64,000 nucleotides of DNA from Candidatus Magasanikiibacteriota bacterium. GTDB lineage: Bacteria > Patescibacteriota > Patescibacteriia > Magasanikbacterales > GWA2-37-8. The stretch lies in NCBI GenBank assembly GCA_026396515.1, contig JAPLWQ010000001.1:564-64563 (forward strand). Direction: 5' to 3'. Every line of letters starts with the position of its first letter. Within the stretch, counting starts at the first letter, position 1. Position numbers and translations under genes: made by a program. Of the stretch, positions 10,548 through 20,153 are shown piece after piece. Under the pieces are notes generated by a model. The model did not search any database. It saw nothing but the letters and a program-made list of their open reading frames with translations, and was not told the DNA's origin.

Positions 10548-10554
10548 TAAAAAT

Positions 10555-11097
10555 ATGACTCCAAATTTATACAATTATTACAAAAAGGAAGTGGTGCCGG
10601 CTCTGAAGAAGGAGTTTGGTTTTAAGAATGTGATGCAGGTACCGAAAATTACCAAAGTGGTGATAAATGTTGGAGTTGGTAAATTTCTTAAAGAGCCTAA
10701 CTTTATTGAAAATGTTGAAAAAAATCTGGCGAAGATAACCGGGCAAAAACCGGTGCGCACCAAATCAAAAAAGGCAATTTCAAATTTTAAGATACGTGAG
10801 AATATGGATATTGGCGTGGTTGTTTCATTGAGGGGTGCAAAAATGTATTACTTTTTGGAAAAATTGTTGGATATCACTTTACCGCGTACCCGCGATTTCC
10901 GCGGAATTTCAGACAAGGCCTTTGACGGCCGCGGTAACTATAGCTTGGGCTTTAAAGAAAATGTGGCATTTCCGGAAATTAAAGCGGGGGAAGCTGAAAA
11001 AACCCATGGCATGCAGATTAACATCGCCACTAACGCAAAAAATAAAGAACAGGGAAGAGCGCTGCTTATGAAATTGGGCTTTCCTTTTGTAAAATAA
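10555..11097 (+). CDS. rplE: 50S ribosomal protein L5
   Basis: KITKVVINVGVG, RDFRG L5 motifs. ATG at 10555; the ORF-track 5' extension overlaps rplX. Confidence 0.9.
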   Translation: MTPNLYNYYKKEVVPALKKEFGFKNVMQVPKITKVVINVGVGKFLKEPNFIENVEKNLAKITGQKPVRTKSKKAISNFKIRENMDIGVVVSLRGAKMYYFLEKLLDITLPRTRDFRGISDKAFDGRGNYSLGFKENVAFPEIKAGEAEKTHGMQINIATNAKNKEQGRALLMKLGFPFVK

Positions 11098-11106
11098 TAA
11101 TTGTTT

Positions 11107-11292
11107 ATGGCCACTCAATCACAAATTGCAAAGTCGAATCGTAAAGCGAAATTCTCAACCCGAATTGTTCGACGCTGTTGGAAATGCGGCCGCCAGCACG
11201 GATTTTTTAGAAAGTTTGGCTTGTGCAGAATTTGTTTCAGGGAGTTGGCCAATGACGGTAAGATTCCGGGTGTTAGAAAATCAAGCTGGTAA
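11107..11292 (+). CDS. rpsN: 30S ribosomal protein S14 type Z (zinc-binding)
   Basis: 61 aa. CWKCGR...CRICFRE Cys4. Confidence 0.88.
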   Translation: MATQSQIAKSNRKAKFSTRIVRRCWKCGRQHGFFRKFGLCRICFRELANDGKIPGVRKSSW

Positions 11293-11349
11293 CCCGCCCG
11301 AGTTAAATAAATATATAAATCAATACATATAAAATAAATTTACTACGCT

Positions 11350-11739
11350 ATGATGACTGATCCTATAGCCGACATGCTCACCAGAATACGCAATGCCTCA
11401 ATGGTCCGCAAAAGCGAGGCGGTTGTTCCATTTTCAAAAATTAAAATGGCTATTGCTGGTATTTTGATTCGCGAAGGATATCTGTTAAAGGCGGAATTGG
11501 TTGATGAAAAGAAACCTCAGATTGCATTATCTCTAAAATATGACGGACGCGAACCGGCTATTCATTCTATTAAGAGAATCAGCAAGCCAGGTCACCGCGC
11601 TTATGTAAAAAATAGCGACATTTCCAAAGTATTAAATGGTTTTGGTTTGGCGATTCTTTCCACGCCCAGGGGTATTATGACCGGTATTCAGGCGAAAAAG
11701 GAAAAAATTGGCGGTGAAATTTTGTGTGAGATATATTAA
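11350..11739 (+). CDS. rpsH: 30S ribosomal protein S8
   Basis: DPIADMLTRIRNA S8 N-terminus. Confidence 0.95.
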   Translation: MMTDPIADMLTRIRNASMVRKSEAVVPFSKIKMAIAGILIREGYLLKAELVDEKKPQIALSLKYDGREPAIHSIKRISKPGHRAYVKNSDISKVLNGFGLAILSTPRGIMTGIQAKKEKIGGEILCEIY

Positions 11740-11765
11740 AATGAACCACATTAACCATAAATAGT

Positions 11766-12314
11766 ATGTCACGAATAGGTAAAAAAATTAGATTGATTCC
11801 GAATGGCGTCACAGCAGAAGTGATAAATGGCGAGCTGATAGTTAAGGGCCCAAAAGGAGAACTTCGTTTGAAATTGCATCCGAGAGTTACTGTGGCAGTG
11901 AAGGGCAGTGAACTCACTTTAACGGTAGCGAACGAAAACCTTAAAAAAGACCGTGCTCTCTGGGGCACATTTTCGAGTATTGCCGGCAATATGTTAAAGG
12001 GCGTATCCGAGGGGTATAAAAAGCAGTTGGAAATAAACGGCGTCGGCTTTAAGGTTAATATGAAAGGCGAAACGCTGGTTTTGGAAGTCGGCTATTCACA
12101 TTCGGTTGAATATGAAGAGCCGAAAGGAATAAAAATTTCTGTTGATAAAAATCTGATTACCGTTGAAGGAGCTGATAAACAGCTGGTTGGTGAAACAGCC
12201 GCTCAAATTAGAAGCATTAAAAAGCCGGAGCCATACAAGGGCAAGGGTATAAAATATATTGACGAGATTGTAAGGCGCAAGGCCGGGAAAACAGCTGCTA
12301 AAACAGCCGCCTAA
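11766..12314 (+). CDS. rplF: 50S ribosomal protein L6
   Basis: MSRIGKK...VKGPKGEL L6. Confidence 0.93.
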   Translation: MSRIGKKIRLIPNGVTAEVINGELIVKGPKGELRLKLHPRVTVAVKGSELTLTVANENLKKDRALWGTFSSIAGNMLKGVSEGYKKQLEINGVGFKVNMKGETLVLEVGYSHSVEYEEPKGIKISVDKNLITVEGADKQLVGETAAQIRSIKKPEPYKGKGIKYIDEIVRRKAGKTAAKTAA

Positions 12315-12337
12315 TTCTCGCAATAAATATTAATTTT

Positions 12338-12718
12338 ATGAAAAGATTGATTACTAAAACCAGAGATGAACGCCGCACCGTGCGCCATAGCCGCGTACGA
12401 GCAGTGTTGAAAGGCACTTCAGCCGTGCCGCGCTTGTCCGTATTTCGTGGTTTGAAGAGTATGACTTTGCAACTTATCGATGATGTCTCCGGCAAAACAA
12501 TTTGCCAAGCGACCACAGCCGAAGTGAAAAAAAGCAAGGTAAAACTGGAAGGCCGTTCCGCAAAAGTAGCTGAGGCTTTTTTGGCCGGCAAGTTGCTCGC
12601 GGAAAAATCGAAAGACAAAAAAATTACCCGAATCGTATTTGATCGCGGCGGATATAAATATCACGGCCGGGTTGCGGCAGCGGCAGAAGGCGCCCGTGAA
12701 GGCGGTTTATCTTTTTAA
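12338..12718 (+). CDS. rplR: 50S ribosomal protein L18
   Basis: RLSVFRG...FDRGGYKYHGRV L18. Confidence 0.92.
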   Translation: MKRLITKTRDERRTVRHSRVRAVLKGTSAVPRLSVFRGLKSMTLQLIDDVSGKTICQATTAEVKKSKVKLEGRSAKVAEAFLAGKLLAEKSKDKKITRIVFDRGGYKYHGRVAAAAEGAREGGLSF

Positions 12719-12748
12719 TCATAATATTTTCCATAAACACAACGCAAT

Positions 12749-13291
12749 ATGAAGCCCACGCGTAGAAAAGACAATAGAGGAAAGGAAGAGCGCAAGGAAT
12801 TTGACCAATACATTCTTGATCTTGCCCGCGTCACCCGCGTCACTGAAGGTGGAAAGCATTTGAGTTTTCGTGCCTGTGTTATCTTGGGAGACCGCGCCGG
12901 ACGCGTGGGTTTTGGCATTGCCAAGGGTAAAGACGTCCAAATTGGTGTTGAAAAAGCAGCCCGGCAGGCTAAGAAAAATATTATCCATGTGCCGATTGTA
13001 AAAGAAACAATTCCTCACGCAGTACTGGCCAAGTTTAAAGCGGCCAGGGTGCTTCTCAAACCGGCCCCGATCGGTTCCGGTATTATTGCCGGCGGTGCTG
13101 TGCGCGTAGTGCTTGATCTCGCCGGCATTCCGAATGTATCGTCAAAAATTTTATCAAAAACAAAAAATAAAATTGTGATTGTTAAGGCTACTTTTGTTGC
13201 TCTCCAAAGTTTTAAGAAGAGCTCGAAGACGGCGGCTGCAGCGGTTAAACCGGCTGAAGTAAAGCCGGTGGTGGCGGAAGAAAATAAATAA
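12749..13291 (+). CDS. rpsE: 30S ribosomal protein S5
   Basis: VTRVTEGGKHLSFRA...GDR S5 dsRBD. Confidence 0.93.
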   Translation: MKPTRRKDNRGKEERKEFDQYILDLARVTRVTEGGKHLSFRACVILGDRAGRVGFGIAKGKDVQIGVEKAARQAKKNIIHVPIVKETIPHAVLAKFKAARVLLKPAPIGSGIIAGGAVRVVLDLAGIPNVSSKILSKTKNKIVIVKATFVALQSFKKSSKTAAAAVKPAEVKPVVAEENK

Positions 13292-13300
13292 GACGAATAT

Positions 13301-13741
13301 ATGAAATTAGCAGTTCATACAATTAAGCCGGCGAAAGGATCTAAGCATACGTCAAAACGCATCGGCCGCGGCAATGCTTCGGGACACGGCACTTATTCCA
13401 CCCGCGGCGGCAAGGGTCAAACGGCCAGAGCCGGTGGCAGCCATCGGCTGCGTTTGAAAGCTTTTAAACGCATGATGCAGTCAACGCCGAAATTGCGCGG
13501 TTTTAAGAGCCATTTCAACAGACCTGCTGAAGTTTACCTTTCAGATTTAGAAAAATATTTTGATAATGGCGCTGTGGTAAATTTGGCCGCTTTGAAAGAA
13601 AAGAAAATTATTAACGCACGCGATTTGACCGCTAAGATTTTACTCAAAGGCGTACTGGAAAAGAAACTGGTTATTGAAGGTGTCTCTTGCACAAAGGCGG
13701 CAAAAGCGGCGATTGAAAAAGCGGGTGGGGAAGTCAAATAA
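13301..13741 (+). CDS. rplO: 50S ribosomal protein L15 (directly follows S5; no L30 gene)
   Basis: GRGNASGHGTYSTRGGKG L15 motif. Confidence 0.93.
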   Translation: MKLAVHTIKPAKGSKHTSKRIGRGNASGHGTYSTRGGKGQTARAGGSHRLRLKAFKRMMQSTPKLRGFKSHFNRPAEVYLSDLEKYFDNGAVVNLAALKEKKIINARDLTAKILLKGVLEKKLVIEGVSCTKAAKAAIEKAGGEVK

Positions 13742-13806
13742 TCATTGTTAAACGAAGATATTGCTGGTATATTACCGATGAAGCCGGCTAAGCATATAAT
13801 GAATAT

Positions 13807-15084
13807 ATGTGGGAAAAAATTCAACAAGTCTGGAAAATTAAAGACATTAGAAAGAATGTTTTAATCGTTCTCGGTCTTTTGGTGATATATCGTCTTGTTG
13901 CCCATATTCCGGTGCCGGGCGTTAATGTACAAGGTTTGCGTGATTTTTTGTCCGGTCAGCAGGTGTTTCAATTGCTTGACGTGTTTTCCGGCGGAACAGT
14001 AAAGAATTTTTCCCTGATCATGCTTGGTGTCGCTCCATACATTACCTCGTCAATTATTTTTCAATTGTTGGCCATGATTGTGCCAAAATTGGAAGAAATG
14101 CAAAAAGAAGGGGAATCGGGACAGGCCAAGATAAATATGTATACCCGCTGGCTGACGGTGCCTTTGGCTTTTTTGCAGTCGTTTGCCATGGTTAAATTTT
14201 TAGCGAATTCTTCACGCGATATTCTTCCGACAAATCTGTCCGGTTTGGATATGTTTACTATCATTGTGAGCATTACCGCCGGAACGATGTTCCTCGTTTG
14301 GATCGGAGAATTGATTTCCGAACGAAAAGTCGGTAATGGCATTTCGCTTTTAATCTTTTCAGGTATCGTGGCATCGTTACCGTCTGCCATTGGGCGAGCA
14401 GTGGTAAATTACACTTCGGCTGATTTTTATACTTTCTTAATGTTTGGCCTTATCGCCATCGCCACTGTGGTAGGCGTAGTGTTTATCAATGAAGGCCAGC
14501 GCCAGATTCCGGTAAATTATGCCAAGCAAGTGCGCGGCTCGCGCGTTTTTGGCGGTGGGTCCACCCACTTGCCTCTTCGTGTCAATATGGCCGGCGTAAT
14601 CCCGATTATCTTCGCCATTTCACTGGTGGTTATTCCGCCAATGGTCGCGCAATTTTTTGTATCTGCAAAGGCGGAGTGGCTTAAAGATGGAGCCGCGTTT
14701 ATTATAAGATTATTTAACAATCAGGCGTTTTACGGCATTTCGTATTTTTTATTGGTTTTTGGATTTACATTTTTTTATACCTCGGTAATTTTTCATCCGC
14801 AAAAAATTGCGGAGAACCTTCAAAAAAATGGCGGGTTTGTTCCAGGCATCCGGCCGGGTAAGGAAACAGAAAGTTATCTGGCGGCGATTGTCAGCCGTAT
14901 AAATTTGATCGGCGCGAGCTTTTTGGGCTTGATTGCAGTACTACCGCTTTTACTTCGGTCAGTTAGCGGATCGCAGGTTTTAACGATCGGCGGCACGTCG
15001 CTTCTTATCGTTGTGTCTGTGGCGATTGAAACAGCCAAACAGCTCGAATCTCAGCTTACCATGCACGAATACGATCATATATAA
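13807..15084 (+). CDS. secY: preprotein translocase subunit SecY
   Basis: 10-TM profile with SecY motifs. Position after L15. Confidence 0.95.
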   Translation: MWEKIQQVWKIKDIRKNVLIVLGLLVIYRLVAHIPVPGVNVQGLRDFLSGQQVFQLLDVFSGGTVKNFSLIMLGVAPYITSSIIFQLLAMIVPKLEEMQKEGESGQAKINMYTRWLTVPLAFLQSFAMVKFLANSSRDILPTNLSGLDMFTIIVSITAGTMFLVWIGELISERKVGNGISLLIFSGIVASLPSAIGRAVVNYTSADFYTFLMFGLIAIATVVGVVFINEGQRQIPVNYAKQVRGSRVFGGGSTHLPLRVNMAGVIPIIFAISLVVIPPMVAQFFVSAKAEWLKDGAAFIIRLFNNQAFYGISYFLLVFGFTFFYTSVIFHPQKIAENLQKNGGFVPGIRPGKETESYLAAIVSRINLIGASFLGLIAVLPLLLRSVSGSQVLTIGGTSLLIVVSVAIETAKQLESQLTMHEYDHI

Positions 15085-15095
15085 AAGATTATTGA

Positions 15096-15132
15096 GATGC
15101 TCCGGCACAATATTTGGCCGGAGCATTTTTTT
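15096..15132 (+). terminator. Rho-independent terminator after secY
   Basis: gatgctccggc...gccggagcatttttttt. Confidence 0.6.
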
Positions 15133-15163
15133 ATACAAATTCGTGACATTAATTATGGCAATA

Positions 15164-15192
15164 TTGAATAAATCCCGCATATTTGATATAAT
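15164..15192 (+). promoter_or_regulatory. sigma70-like promoter TTGAAT-17-TATAAT for adk
   Basis: Consensus -10 located 40 nt upstream of the adk ATG. Confidence 0.5.
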
Positions 15193-15231
15193 AATTACGC
15201 TCAAAATTTGGCTAATTTTAAAGATAAAATA

Positions 15232-15903
15232 ATGAAAAAAATACTATTTTTTGTCGGTCCTCCCGGCTCAGGAAAAGGCACTCAGGCAAAGAAAATTGCG
15301 GAAAAATATCATTATCGGCATGTCTCTACCGGTGACATGATTCGTTCTATAGCGATTGATCCGGATGCCACACCGGAAGAAAAACAAATTCTTCACGATG
15401 TTAACTTTGCCGGCCAGCTGGCGCCCGACTGGTTTATTTGCGGGCTTGTTTTCAGGGCGGTAGAAAAGTTTATCAAAGAAAGAAATTATCACGGTATTGT
15501 TTTTGACGGAGCGGTGCGCACTTTAGAGCAAGCGGAGAGAATAAACCAATATTTGGAAACAAAGGATTTGAACCGTGACACCACTGCCGTCGCAATAGTG
15601 ATCAGCGATGAAGAATCATTTAACCGGTTAACTAAAAGGCGGATTTGCGGCGAATGCAGGGAAATTATTCCATGGCTTAAGGAGACAATGAAGTTGAACG
15701 AATGTCCAAAATGCGGGGGGGCGCTAAAATCAAGGCCGGATGATAAAGAAGAGACTATTAAAGCCCGTATAATTGAACAGGGTAACAGAGCTTTGGCTCC
15801 GATACTTGATTATTATTCGAGATTAGGCATTGTGAAGATTATAGATGGCGAACAAAAAATTGAGAAGGTCGCCGGGGAAGTTGAAAAAGCGGTGGTAAAA
15901 TAG
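15232..15903 (+). CDS. adk: adenylate kinase (zinc-lid type)
   Basis: GPPGSGKGTQA P-loop. CGEC...CPKC lid. The track start at 15208 is TTG. Confidence 0.93.
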   Translation: MKKILFFVGPPGSGKGTQAKKIAEKYHYRHVSTGDMIRSIAIDPDATPEEKQILHDVNFAGQLAPDWFICGLVFRAVEKFIKERNYHGIVFDGAVRTLEQAERINQYLETKDLNRDTTAVAIVISDEESFNRLTKRRICGECREIIPWLKETMKLNECPKCGGALKSRPDDKEETIKARIIEQGNRALAPILDYYSRLGIVKIIDGEQKIEKVAGEVEKAVVK

Positions 15904-15908
15904 TAAAT

Positions 15909-16709
15909 ATGTTAATCAAGAAGCCGGCAGATATTCGAACACTGAAAAAAGGCGGAAAAATTCTCGGCCGTATTTTATCGGACCTGGTAAAAATGTGTAA
16001 ACCCGGCATCTCTACCTGGGAGATAGATCGCGCCGCTGAAGAAATGATTATTAAGGCCGGGGGGCAACCGGCTTTTAAGTACTATAAAAATCATCCGACT
16101 GAGCCGCCGTTTCCGGCCACAATCTGTGCCTCATTCAACGAGGAGATTGTGCATGGAATTCCAAAAAAAGACTTATTGCTGAAAAATGGAGATTTGTTCA
16201 GTATTGATGTCGGCATGGAATATCCGATCGGTAAAAGGACAGTGAGTATGTTTACTGATACGGCAATTACCGTGGTGGTAGGCAAAACAGCAAGGAAAAA
16301 TTACGATTTATTGAACGTCACCTCGCAGGCTCTTGAGGTTGGCATAGAGGCGGTGAAACCTGGTGTAAGCATTTCAGAGATTGGCAGGGCGATAGAGAAT
16401 TACGTAAAATCGCAAGGGAAATATGGTATTATCCGCGACTTATCGGGTCATGGGGTTGGTTATGCCGTTCATGAAGAACCCTGGATACCCAATTATTATG
16501 ATAAGCGTTTGGATAGTTTTATTGTGAAGCCGGGAATGGTGCTCGCTCTTGAGCCAATGATAACGTTGGGCGGTTGGCGGATTGTGACCGCGCCGGACGG
16601 ATGGACGATAAAAACCGCGGACAATTCTCTTTGTGCGCATTTTGAACATACGGTTGTGGTCACGGAAAAAGGCTGCGAAGTTATCACACGAAGACCGGAG
16701 GAAATTTAA
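15909..16709 (+). CDS. map: methionine aminopeptidase type I
   Basis: Pita-bread fold motifs. Follows adk. Confidence 0.92.
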   Translation: MLIKKPADIRTLKKGGKILGRILSDLVKMCKPGISTWEIDRAAEEMIIKAGGQPAFKYYKNHPTEPPFPATICASFNEEIVHGIPKKDLLLKNGDLFSIDVGMEYPIGKRTVSMFTDTAITVVVGKTARKNYDLLNVTSQALEVGIEAVKPGVSISEIGRAIENYVKSQGKYGIIRDLSGHGVGYAVHEEPWIPNYYDKRLDSFIVKPGMVLALEPMITLGGWRIVTAPDGWTIKTADNSLCAHFEHTVVVTEKGCEVITRRPEEI

Positions 16710-16882
16710 CTGTTTATTCTGTCGCTCGCCGAATCGGATATTTGTTCAGACACGGGTCTCCTCGCCAGCGGGCTCGTCGCCCTAACGCTCACTCCGGCTA
16801 TGATGCCGTCGCTCCGCGGTTGTCTTCAACAAAAATCCGATTCGCCTCGCTATCCCATTTATTTCCCTCACCCATTTCGATT

Positions 16883-17251
16883 ATGAACATATTAGCCATA
16901 GATTACGGAACAAAAAATATCGGTTTGGCCTGGTGCAATACCGGTATTGGAGTTGCACTGCCTTTTGGCGCGGCAAAAAATATCGGTGAAATAATAAAAA
17001 TAGTTAGCGATGAAAAAATTGATAAAGTTATTATCGGACTGCCGGTCGGGATCAACGGCAAGGAAAATATGAATACCGAGCGAGTTAGAAAATTCGGTAA
17101 TGATATTAAGCTGGCAACCGAAGTAGAAGTTGAATTTTCTGATGAAAGATTTAGCTCGCAAGCGGCTGACAGAATGGGAGCCGGCGTGAGCCGGGATGAA
17201 AAATCGGCCTTGATTATATTGGATGACTGGTTAAATGCAGCCAAAAAATAA
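16883..17251 (+). CDS. ruvX: putative pre-16S rRNA nuclease / Holliday junction resolvase-like YqgF
   Basis: MNILAIDYGTKNIGLA YqgF N-terminus. The ORF-track start at 16742 is a 47-codon 5' extension through a GC-rich spacer. Confidence 0.8.
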   Translation: MNILAIDYGTKNIGLAWCNTGIGVALPFGAAKNIGEIIKIVSDEKIDKVIIGLPVGINGKENMNTERVRKFGNDIKLATEVEVEFSDERFSSQAADRMGAGVSRDEKSALIILDDWLNAAKK

Positions 17252-17972
17252 TATGCAGGCAATTGTGCTAAAACGGGCAGGTTTTAGGGAATCAGATCAG
17301 ATTGTCACCCTTTTAACATTAGAAAAAGGCAAAGTTACGGCGCTTGCCCGCGGAGTGAAGAAGATTGCCAGCAAGAATTCGGCTTACTTAGAGCCGTTTT
17401 TTTTGATTGAGGCGGAATTGATACCGGGAAAAAATATTAATCACATTACAAAAGTTGTCGGTTTGAACAGTTTTAAAAATATCAGATCTGATTTACAAAA
17501 ATGTATTTTAGCTCAAAAGGCCGTTTCTATGGTAGATAAGTTAATTGAGGAAAATGAACGTGATGCGCCGGTATTCTCATTGCTGCTAAACTGGCTTGAG
17601 ACAGTGAACGAGAAAGATTATGGACGAGGATATTTTTTTGGTTTTGTCGCCAAGTTATTCAAAATTCTTGGATTTTCGCCGGTTCTTGATAAATGCATTG
17701 CATGCGGCAAGATAGTGCCAAAAGAGCAAAAAAATTCGTTCTATGTTTTTTCACCAAAAGATGGCGGTTTAAAATGTGCTGTTTGCAGGCAAAAAAATGA
17801 TGAGGCCTCAGCGGTAAAGTTTAGCATGCCGGATAGGGAGGTTTGGCTAATGTTTCTTAGTAATATTCCTGATCAATGGCCGGGGAAAATATCGCGCGCT
17901 ATGGAATCATCAATCTGGTCTTTTGCTGAATATCATATTGGGAAAAAACTTGCTAAAATTAGCGAAATTTGA
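17235..17972 (+). CDS. recO: DNA repair protein RecO
   Basis: OB-fold N-terminus plus CIACG...CAVC zinc motif. Start may be at 17253. Confidence 0.8.
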   Translation: MQPKNNMQAIVLKRAGFRESDQIVTLLTLEKGKVTALARGVKKIASKNSAYLEPFFLIEAELIPGKNINHITKVVGLNSFKNIRSDLQKCILAQKAVSMVDKLIEENERDAPVFSLLLNWLETVNEKDYGRGYFFGFVAKLFKILGFSPVLDKCIACGKIVPKEQKNSFYVFSPKDGGLKCAVCRQKNDEASAVKFSMPDREVWLMFLSNIPDQWPGKISRAMESSIWSFAEYHIGKKLAKISEI

Positions 17973-18003
17973 TACAATTTTTTGGTACTTATTTTCGAAA
18001 TAT

Positions 18004-19296
18004 ATGAATATTTTAACAAAAGATTTATCCGGACATGTTGGTGAAACAATTACCATAAAAGGCTGGCTTTACAATAAGCGCTCATCCGGGCCGATTTCTT
18101 TTTTGGAGTTACGCGACGGCTATGGTTTTGTTCAGGGCGTGGTGGTGCAAAAAGACGCCAGTGAAGCCGTTTGGCAGGCGGCCGAGTCGGTTACTCAGGA
18201 ATCATCGGTTGAGGCGACCGGTGTGGTGACGAAGCATCCCAAGAAGGAAAATGTGTTTGAATTACAGATTAAGGATCTTAAAATTTTACAATTGGCTCAC
18301 GATTATCCGATCGCCAATAAAGAACACGGTCCGGATTTTCTTATGGACAATCGGCATCTTTGGCTCCGGAGCAGTAAGCAATGGGCGATAATGCGGGTGC
18401 GTGACGCTATTATTACGGCGATTAACGAATATTTGCACCAAGAAAATTTTATCAGAGTAGATTCTCCGATTTTTACGCCCAATGCCTGTGAGGGCACGAC
18501 CACTCTTTTTCCAGTGCCATATTTTGATTTGGGCACGGCCTATCTTTCGCAATCCGGACAGTTGTATAGCGAGGCGGCGATAATGTCAGTCGGCCGCTGT
18601 TATGATTTCGGCCCGGTTTTCCGCGCCGAAAAAAGCAAAACCAAACGGCATCTGACCGAATTTTGGATGATGGACGCGGAAGCGGCTTTTGTGGAACATG
18701 ATGAGAATTTGAAAATTCAGGAAGGGCTGGTGCGTTATATTGTTCGTTATTGTCTGGAACGCTGTAAAGAGGAATTAATAATTTTGGAACGGAATACTGA
18801 AAGATTAAAAAAGGCCGACGCGCCGTTTACCCGATATACTTACGACGAGGCGATTAAAAAATTAAATGCCATGGGCTCTGATATAAAATACGGTGATGAT
18901 CTGGGTAATGATGACGAGGGGCTGTTGACTAAAGACAGCGAGGTGCCGGTGTTTATTGAAAAGTGGCCAAAGACAATCAAACCGTTTTATATGAAGCGCG
19001 ATGTCAACAACCCGGATTTGGTTTGCAATGATGATTTGATTGCGACCGATGGCGGGGGCGAACTGATTGGCGGATCCCAGCGCGAGGATGACGCGGAGTT
19101 ATTGTTTGAGAGAATTAAAGTCGAGGGATTGAATGTAGAAGATTATCAATGGTATCTGGATTTGCGAAAATATGGCAGTGTGCCACATTCTGGTTTCGGT
19201 ATTGGCCTTGAGCGGACTGTGCGCTGGATTTGTGGGGTTGAACACGTGCGCGAGACCATCGCTTTTCCCAGAACGATTGGACGATTGAAACCATAG
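18004..19296 (+). CDS. asnS: asparaginyl-tRNA synthetase or archaeal-type aspartyl-tRNA synthetase (class IIb)
   Basis: [21 protein letters not shown] motif 2, C-terminal GFGIGLER, anticodon-binding OB N-terminus. ATG at 18004. Confidence 0.85.
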   Translation: MNILTKDLSGHVGETITIKGWLYNKRSSGPISFLELRDGYGFVQGVVVQKDASEAVWQAAESVTQESSVEATGVVTKHPKKENVFELQIKDLKILQLAHDYPIANKEHGPDFLMDNRHLWLRSSKQWAIMRVRDAIITAINEYLHQENFIRVDSPIFTPNACEGTTTLFPVPYFDLGTAYLSQSGQLYSEAAIMSVGRCYDFGPVFRAEKSKTKRHLTEFWMMDAEAAFVEHDENLKIQEGLVRYIVRYCLERCKEELIILERNTERLKKADAPFTRYTYDEAIKKLNAMGSDIKYGDDLGNDDEGLLTKDSEVPVFIEKWPKTIKPFYMKRDVNNPDLVCNDDLIATDGGGELIGGSQREDDAELLFERIKVEGLNVEDYQWYLDLRKYGSVPHSGFGIGLERTVRWICGVEHVRETIAFPRTIGRLKP

Positions 19297-19326
19297 ATGC
19301 CGCAAGATTTGTTTAATTATAAAAAA

Positions 19327-19372
19327 TTCCGCCATTAGTCGGCGGGATTTTTTTGTTAAAAAAAGGCCGCGC
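19327..19372. terminator. pair of bidirectional terminator hairpins between asnS and ORF 19420
   Basis: ccgcc..ggcgggattttttt and ggccgcgct..agcgcgacc. Confidence 0.5.
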
Positions 19373-19419
19373 TAGGTGAGCGCGACCGTGAGAAAAGATC
19401 GTAGTTGGTCATTGAATTT

Positions 19420-20055
19420 CTAAACGAGGCTACTCTTGCGGAAAGGGGGGATGCCTAATTCGTTGCGGCGGCGCCTGACCAGGCGTACCGGCACGTTGGC
19501 GGCGCTTGCAATTGCGGTGTCCGGCAGTTGGCCGAAAAATGGTTCAAGCTTATCTACCTCGCTCGGTTTTTCCGGATGCTGATATTCGATGCCGATTTTC
19601 TTGAAGGCGGCGCCGATACTGCCGAAATGGAAAACGGCCGAGTAGAAGATGGCGCCATGCTCTCTCCGCAGTTCCTCTTTGGTCAGGCTGGGAGAGACAT
19701 CCTGTAACTGTTCAAGCGTTTGCGTGGAACAGTAAAAGTGGTAGCTGATGCGGCCGCCAGATGCGGTTAAGGCCGTGAGTTCAGGCTGAAAACGGTAATT
19801 GCAGACCGGGCACTTTGTGGTGTAATCGAACGGATCGCTCGTGAAGCCCTTGATGATTTCCGCCGGCGTGAGCCGATGCTCGCACCGCGGGCAGACTCCG
19901 TTTGGGTGGTAGTCGCCACCGGTGAGTTGACGGAGCATTTGCTGTTGCCTTCCGATCATGATCTCGAGACAGGCAAGGCTTTGAACCATGGTCAGCCGCT
20001 GTTCCAAGCGCTGTGTCAGTCCCTGCCTCAAACTTGGTCCGAGTCTCATCTCCAT
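19420..20055 (-). CDS. hypothetical protein with Q/L-rich N-terminus (sigma-54 region-I-like) and CxxC...CxxC zinc ribbon, moderately GC-rich
   Basis: ATG at 20055 preceded by gagaaaggaaataca. CPRCEH...CPVCNY. The ORF-track start at 20130 is a 5' extension. Confidence 0.5.
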   Translation of the reverse strand: MEMRLGPSLRQGLTQRLEQRLTMVQSLACLEIMIGRQQQMLRQLTGGDYHPNGVCPRCEHRLTPAEIIKGFTSDPFDYTTKCPVCNYRFQPELTALTASGGRISYHFYCSTQTLEQLQDVSPSLTKEELRREHGAIFYSAVFHFGSIGAAFKKIGIEYQHPEKPSEVDKLEPFFGQLPDTAIASAANVPVRLVRRRRNELGIPPFRKSSLV

Positions 20056-20153
20056 TGTATTTCCTTTCTCGTTTTCCGCACTAATTGCGGTTGGTTTGTA
20101 ATGAACGTACTTGATAGAAAATCTTAGCAAATTATAGGTGTATTGTCAACACC

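Noticed and set aside
4810-16882. ORF-track 5' extensions (rplC 4810, rplW 6195, rpsC 8214, rpmC 9351, rplE 10498, rpsN 11101, adk 15208, ruvX 16742)
   Set aside because: These begin at TTG or other upstream codons and overlap preceding genes or spacers. Conserved N-termini begin at downstream ATGs, which were used instead.
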